Made by a program: the position numbers and the translations under genes. Shown here piece by piece: positions 60,126 through 64,000 of a stretch of DNA of 64,000 nt. Position 1 is the stretch's first letter. Every line of letters starts with the position of its first letter. Origin of the DNA: an uncultured archaeon (GTDB taxonomy: Archaea; Asgardarchaeota; Lokiarchaeia; Sigyniarchaeales; SOKP01); the NCBI GenBank assembly GCA_964632315.1, contig CAZWEM010000013.1, positions 24,907 through 88,906 on the forward strand, given 5' to 3'. The notes beneath the pieces are model-generated. The model saw only the letters and a list, made by a program, of their open reading frames with translations. It ran no database searches and was not told the origin of the DNA.

Positions 60126-61274
60126 TTATTTCCTACTGTACTCAATTAAAAGCTTTCTTATTTCTTTAAAATAAACTAGAGATTTATTGAAATTTTCATT
60201 TTTTAATGCTTGTACAGCTTCTTTAGCTAAAGAATTAATAATAGTTGTAGTTTCTTTTAACTGTCTAAATTTTTGAATCTTTACTTTAATCTGGTTTAAT
60301 AATTCAGAGTACATGTCTACGTATCTCTGTTGACCTATAAACCGTGATATTTTAATAATTTGCTCGCATTCATTCATCGCTTTACTGAATAGTCCATCTG
60401 AAATGCTAGTTCTAATACTTAATTCTAAATTCTCCATATCATTGAATAATTTATTATATTTTTCTTCGGCATCGATCAATGTTTTTTTTTTAATCTCAAA
60501 ATCTTTTATGTATTGGGGAGATCTTATTTTATCTATTATCTCATCTAAATCCTTAATCAATTCTCTTCCCTCCTGAAATTGATATGAATCAGTAAACAAA
60601 GAAATTTTATCTAAAGAAGTAGATACTTTCTTCTCTATATCTTTTTCATGGATATGTTCATTCAACTGTTCTTTATAGGCTTGCCAAGTCTCCCTAATTA
60701 TACTTGCACTACTATCTACTTGCTTTAATAGATCTTCTGCCTTATTTAAGGTATCTTGAGCAAGCTTGAGATTATTTGTTTTAACATAACTATTAAATTG
60801 AATTTCAAGAGGATCCAACTGTTTTTTTAATATAACTTGTTTATTTTGATAATTTTGCCATAATAATCTATCTCTATCTAAAAAATCTTCAATTTGATGA
60901 ATTTCTCCTAATTCTATAACTTTTTCAAATTTATGTTTAAAATTTTCTATAAGTACATGTGCATCTTCAAAATCCTCAATTCCTACAAGTTTTTTATATT
61001 TATATCGTAGTTCTTCGAATTCTTCCCTAATAAAACCTAACTTACCTTCATCAATTAATTTTCTAACTTTGAATATAAAATCTTCTTGTTCCTCAATTAT
61101 TGATGCCAAATTAGCTTTCTTTGCAAGTTCTAATATAAGTTCTGATACCTTGATTGCTTCATAATACTTCTTCATGAGATAATGATTATTTGCTACGACT
61201 TTTAACTGATCAATCTCCGAAATAACCTGTATTTTTTCTGATTCAATTTCTCTATTAAAATTCGTTTTATTCAT
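60126..61274 (-). CDS. Alpha-helical repeat (TPR/MIT-like) protein
   Basis: All-helical; N-terminal unit resembles the helical unit of the upstream gelsolin protein. Confidence 0.65.
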   Translation of the reverse strand: MNKTNFNREIESEKIQVISEIDQLKVVANNHYLMKKYYEAIKVSELILELAKKANLASIIEEQEDFIFKVRKLIDEGKLGFIREEFEELRYKYKKLVGIEDFEDAHVLIENFKHKFEKVIELGEIHQIEDFLDRDRLLWQNYQNKQVILKKQLDPLEIQFNSYVKTNNLKLAQDTLNKAEDLLKQVDSSASIIRETWQAYKEQLNEHIHEKDIEKKVSTSLDKISLFTDSYQFQEGRELIKDLDEIIDKIRSPQYIKDFEIKKKTLIDAEEKYNKLFNDMENLELSIRTSISDGLFSKAMNECEQIIKISRFIGQQRYVDMYSELLNQIKVKIQKFRQLKETTTIINSLAKEAVQALKNENFNKSLVYFKEIRKLLIEYSRK

Positions 61275-62317
61275 AATTTTATGACTTTCTCCAAATTGTC
61301 AATTATCTCGTTTAATATGGATAATGATAGATTCACGTTTCTTTCTTCCAGAAGTTTAGCCATGGATTGGGTTTTTCTTTGGATATCTTTCTTAATTTTT
61401 CCCGTTAATATTTTTACATTCTCTTCATTTTTATTCCATTTTAAATTCAATTTAGCATTTTTAACAATTCTTAATAAATCATGAGCTTTGGAAATTTGAA
61501 TTTTGGCTTTTTCTAAATTAAATTGATTTAGGGATTCATTAAAATCAATATCTAATTCCTTAAGTACTCCAACAATTTTATTCTTTTTATCCTCACTTCT
61601 TTTTTTTACTTCTTGGAATACTGAAATCATATCTTGTACTGACTGAATCTCTTCAATATTATATTCTCCATACTTAGTTAAAAAACCACTAATCAGATCA
61701 TAAATCTCTAAATATTCTGAATCCTTATTTAGAGAATTTATTTTTCTATTGATTATATTTGCTTCTTTTTTAATTTCATTAAAAATTGAGAGTGCTTTAT
61801 TTTTAATTCTTGCCTCTTCAATGAAACTCTGTTGATCGTTAACTAAAGTCACGTCATTTACTTCACGGGCTAAATTTTGAACAGTTTGTGAAACTTCGAT
61901 TGCCTTGTCAAAATTCTCTTCAATAAATAATTTGTCTGCATTCTCTTTTAATCTGTTAATTTCAGAAAATACCGGTAAAGACTTAGATTCTTGAGTTTTC
62001 AATTTTTTTTCTAATCTAGTGCCATCTATTTCCATCATCTCAAAAAAATTATCTGGCTCAGAACCAGATTCAATTGTAATATTACGTAAAATGTACATCT
62101 CCGGATATTCTGCTGAAAAAGTGTGTCTTATCGTAGCTATATGACCCTTCAAGCTTTGTGCTGCTTTCTTACCAATCCAAACGAATAACGTTTTCTTGAA
62201 TGGGGAATAAATTGCAATGATATTGTATAAATTGAAGTTATCAATAAGATTCTCTTCTGGTAACTCCGTAAAATTCCCCGAATAAGTTAATTTAAAAAAT
62301 TTTAGATCTTTATTCAT
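61271..62317 (-). CDS. Gelsolin-like domain fused to helical repeats
   Basis: LFVWIGKKA ... IESGSEPDNFF gelsolin signature; ATGA overlap with the downstream gene. Confidence 0.7.
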   Translation of the reverse strand: MNKDLKFFKLTYSGNFTELPEENLIDNFNLYNIIAIYSPFKKTLFVWIGKKAAQSLKGHIATIRHTFSAEYPEMYILRNITIESGSEPDNFFEMMEIDGTRLEKKLKTQESKSLPVFSEINRLKENADKLFIEENFDKAIEVSQTVQNLAREVNDVTLVNDQQSFIEEARIKNKALSIFNEIKKEANIINRKINSLNKDSEYLEIYDLISGFLTKYGEYNIEEIQSVQDMISVFQEVKKRSEDKKNKIVGVLKELDIDFNESLNQFNLEKAKIQISKAHDLLRIVKNAKLNLKWNKNEENVKILTGKIKKDIQRKTQSMAKLLEERNVNLSLSILNEIIDNLEKVIKL

Positions 62318-62512
62318 TTTTCTCTATTTTTTAAAATATTAAAAATTAAATAAAAGTTGTATTAGTGACTATTTTTCTCATTGTTAAGACTAGCGCTAAA
62401 ACAATTAGATTTTTAGATTTAAAAAATGTTTTTCTACTGATTATACAAATAATTTTGATATTAATAATTTACAACATTATCAGGTAATAAAAAAAGTAAA
62501 AAAAAGTTATTA

Positions 62513-64000
62513 TTATTTTTCAATAGGTGTCTTCTTTATATCAGTTGGCTCTAAAGACTGCTTTGGAACAGGTTTACCTTTTAAAAGTTTTGAACTTTTA
62601 TCATATTCTGAATGATAACTGTGTTTTGTGGCCGATTCTCGACTAACTATATCAACATTGGGATCTTTTTCTTTATTCAATGTCTTTCTATATTTCCTTA
62701 CCTTTCTAACTGCTTTTGGATACTTCAAATATGTTTGATATAATATTATATACGCGCCTAATGCACCAGCTGCAATTAAAGCTAACGTAAGCAATGCAAT
62801 AAATAAACCTCTCTCTATAGGGGACTGAACTGCAGTTACAGTAATTTCATATCTTTCAAAATCATAGTCATCACCTGCATAAGCTGAAATTGTGAAAGTG
62901 TGTGAGCCAAGTGGTATATTTGGAACAGTAGTTTCATAAACTCCATCTTTATTGGAATCAGTTAATATGCCTGATCCACCCTCCCAACTATATGAAACGG
63001 TAGCGTTCAATACCGGTTTATTAAAATCAAGATCATCCAGAATTACGGATAAAGTGATTTGATTGCCTGGGGTAGTATTAATAACGTTAGTTCCGGTGGA
63101 AGATGTGATATTTGTTCTTATTCTCCGCACATCTAACCTAATATCTATGGTTTGAATCTGATAATTGTTCCTTTGTGCTACAATGGTCAATATTCTAACT
63201 CCAATATCTAATGATTGTTTTGTATTTAAATTGAAACTATAAATTTCGTTTGTAGGATCTTCGATCAAGCTTGCATCTAAACCCTCTCCAATTAAATTTA
63301 CTGTTGCTCCGCTTACAAAAAGATCATTTGAATCAATATATGATATCGAAAAATTAACACTTGCTCCTATTGGAACCTCTAAGTAGGGATCATCTGTGTT
63401 ATTTACGTTATTCAAAAATAAACCCAATCTTGTTTTCCTTTCAGTAATTTCTATAGTAATTTGAGCTGCTTGCGATAGATATCCTGATTTTGTGGCCACT
63501 ACGTTTATTATGTCAATTCCTTGATCTAAATCAGCAGCATCTACGATGTAGGTATATTGTTGTTTTGTTTCCTCTTCTATAAATTCTCCAAAGCCAAGCA
63601 AATCAATGGTGGCATTTGTTAAATGGTTCGTCGTAATTAGATCCTTAAAAGTCACTGTTATATTTATCGTTTGCCACACTTCAACGGTAATATAATTGTT
63701 TGGATAAGCAGTACCATTCAATTTAACGTCTAGGATACTGCCTCTCTCAACTATGAAAATAGTTAGAACTTCCGAAGCTATTGTATGGTTCTCTAACGAT
63801 GCTATGATGTTCAAAAATTTAGCACCTACTCCTAAGATAGATGAATTAAATTCAATACTATATTGGTTTGTCAGCAAATTCTCAGTCAAATTATCGGAAT
63901 AGTAACTACTTTGAATACTTGCTTCTGCTCCAGTAATGGGGTTATTCGTAGTACTATCTTTATATTTAAAGGTGACATTTAGTAATTCACCTGCAGTTAT
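62513..64000 (-). CDS. Large cell-surface protein with Ig-like repeats and C-terminal TM plus basic cytoplasmic tail; N-terminus lies outside the window
   Basis: Frame is open from base 64000 (ITAGELLNVTFKYKD...), so the track start at 63889 is internal. Repeated N(V/I)T.Y.D...GA.V beta motifs, many NxS/T sequons, TM followed by KYPK.VRKVRKYRK. Confidence 0.8.
   Translation of the reverse strand: MTAGELLNVTFKYKDSTTNNPITGAEASIQSSYYSDNLTENLLTNQYSIEFNSSILGVGAKFLNIIASLENHTIASEVLTIFIVERGSILDVKLNGTAYPNNYITVEVWQTINITVTFKDLITTNHLTNATIDLLGFGEFIEEETKQQYTYIVDAADLDQGIDIINVVATKSGYLSQAAQITIEITERKTRLGLFLNNVNNTDDPYLEVPIGASVNFSISYIDSNDLFVSGATVNLIGEGLDASLIEDPTNEIYSFNLNTKQSLDIGVRILTIVAQRNNYQIQTIDIRLDVRRIRTNITSSTGTNVINTTPGNQITLSVILDDLDFNKPVLNATVSYSWEGGSGILTDSNKDGVYETTVPNIPLGSHTFTISAYAGDDYDFERYEITVTAVQSPIERGLFIALLTLALIAAGALGAYIILYQTYLKYPKAVRKVRKYRKTLNKEKDPNVDIVSRESATKHSYHSEYDKSSKLLKGKPVPKQSLEPTDIKKTPIEK

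Noticed and set aside
1-64000. CRISPR arrays, tRNA/rRNA genes, IS elements and selenoprotein UGA read-through
   Set aside because: No repeat-spacer periodicity, GC-rich structural RNA blocks or transposase motifs seen by eye. TGA-ending ORFs appear complete. tRNAscan-SE, Infernal and a SECIS search would be needed to exclude these formally.

Overview
AT-rich (roughly 30% GC by eye), gene-dense chromosomal window from an Asgard archaeon, most likely Lokiarchaeia/Promethearchaeota. This assignment is inferred from several Rab/Arf-like GTPases, a longin-GTPase fusion, a stand-alone longin, a gelsolin-domain protein, EAP30-like winged helices, an archaeal XPF and a PUA protein. About 58 CDS are supported, three of them missing from the ORF track and one longer than the track call. 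I saw no rRNA, tRNA, CRISPR array or transposase. Main candidates for novelty: (1) an orphan membrane-anchored protein with two tandem ESCRT-II (Vps22/Vps36, EAP30)-like modules (41045-42628). (2) A possible bacterial-type acyl/ether lipid toolkit: a double-PlsC acyltransferase, a degenerate PlsC, a HAD phosphatase and a C2-like protein (19041-24535), plus a split PlsA/PlsR/Ger-like ester-reductase cluster (31010-34934). (3) A corrinoid + homocysteine methyltransferase + non-pyrrolysine MttB operon that may make methionine from quaternary amines. (4) An orphan toxin-type deaminase whose catalytic Glu reads as Val. (5) A gelsolin / helical-repeat / longin gene run. (6) A pair of stand-alone 7TM proteins near a pseudo-GTPase. 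All family calls come from motif recognition by eye; no database search was run.
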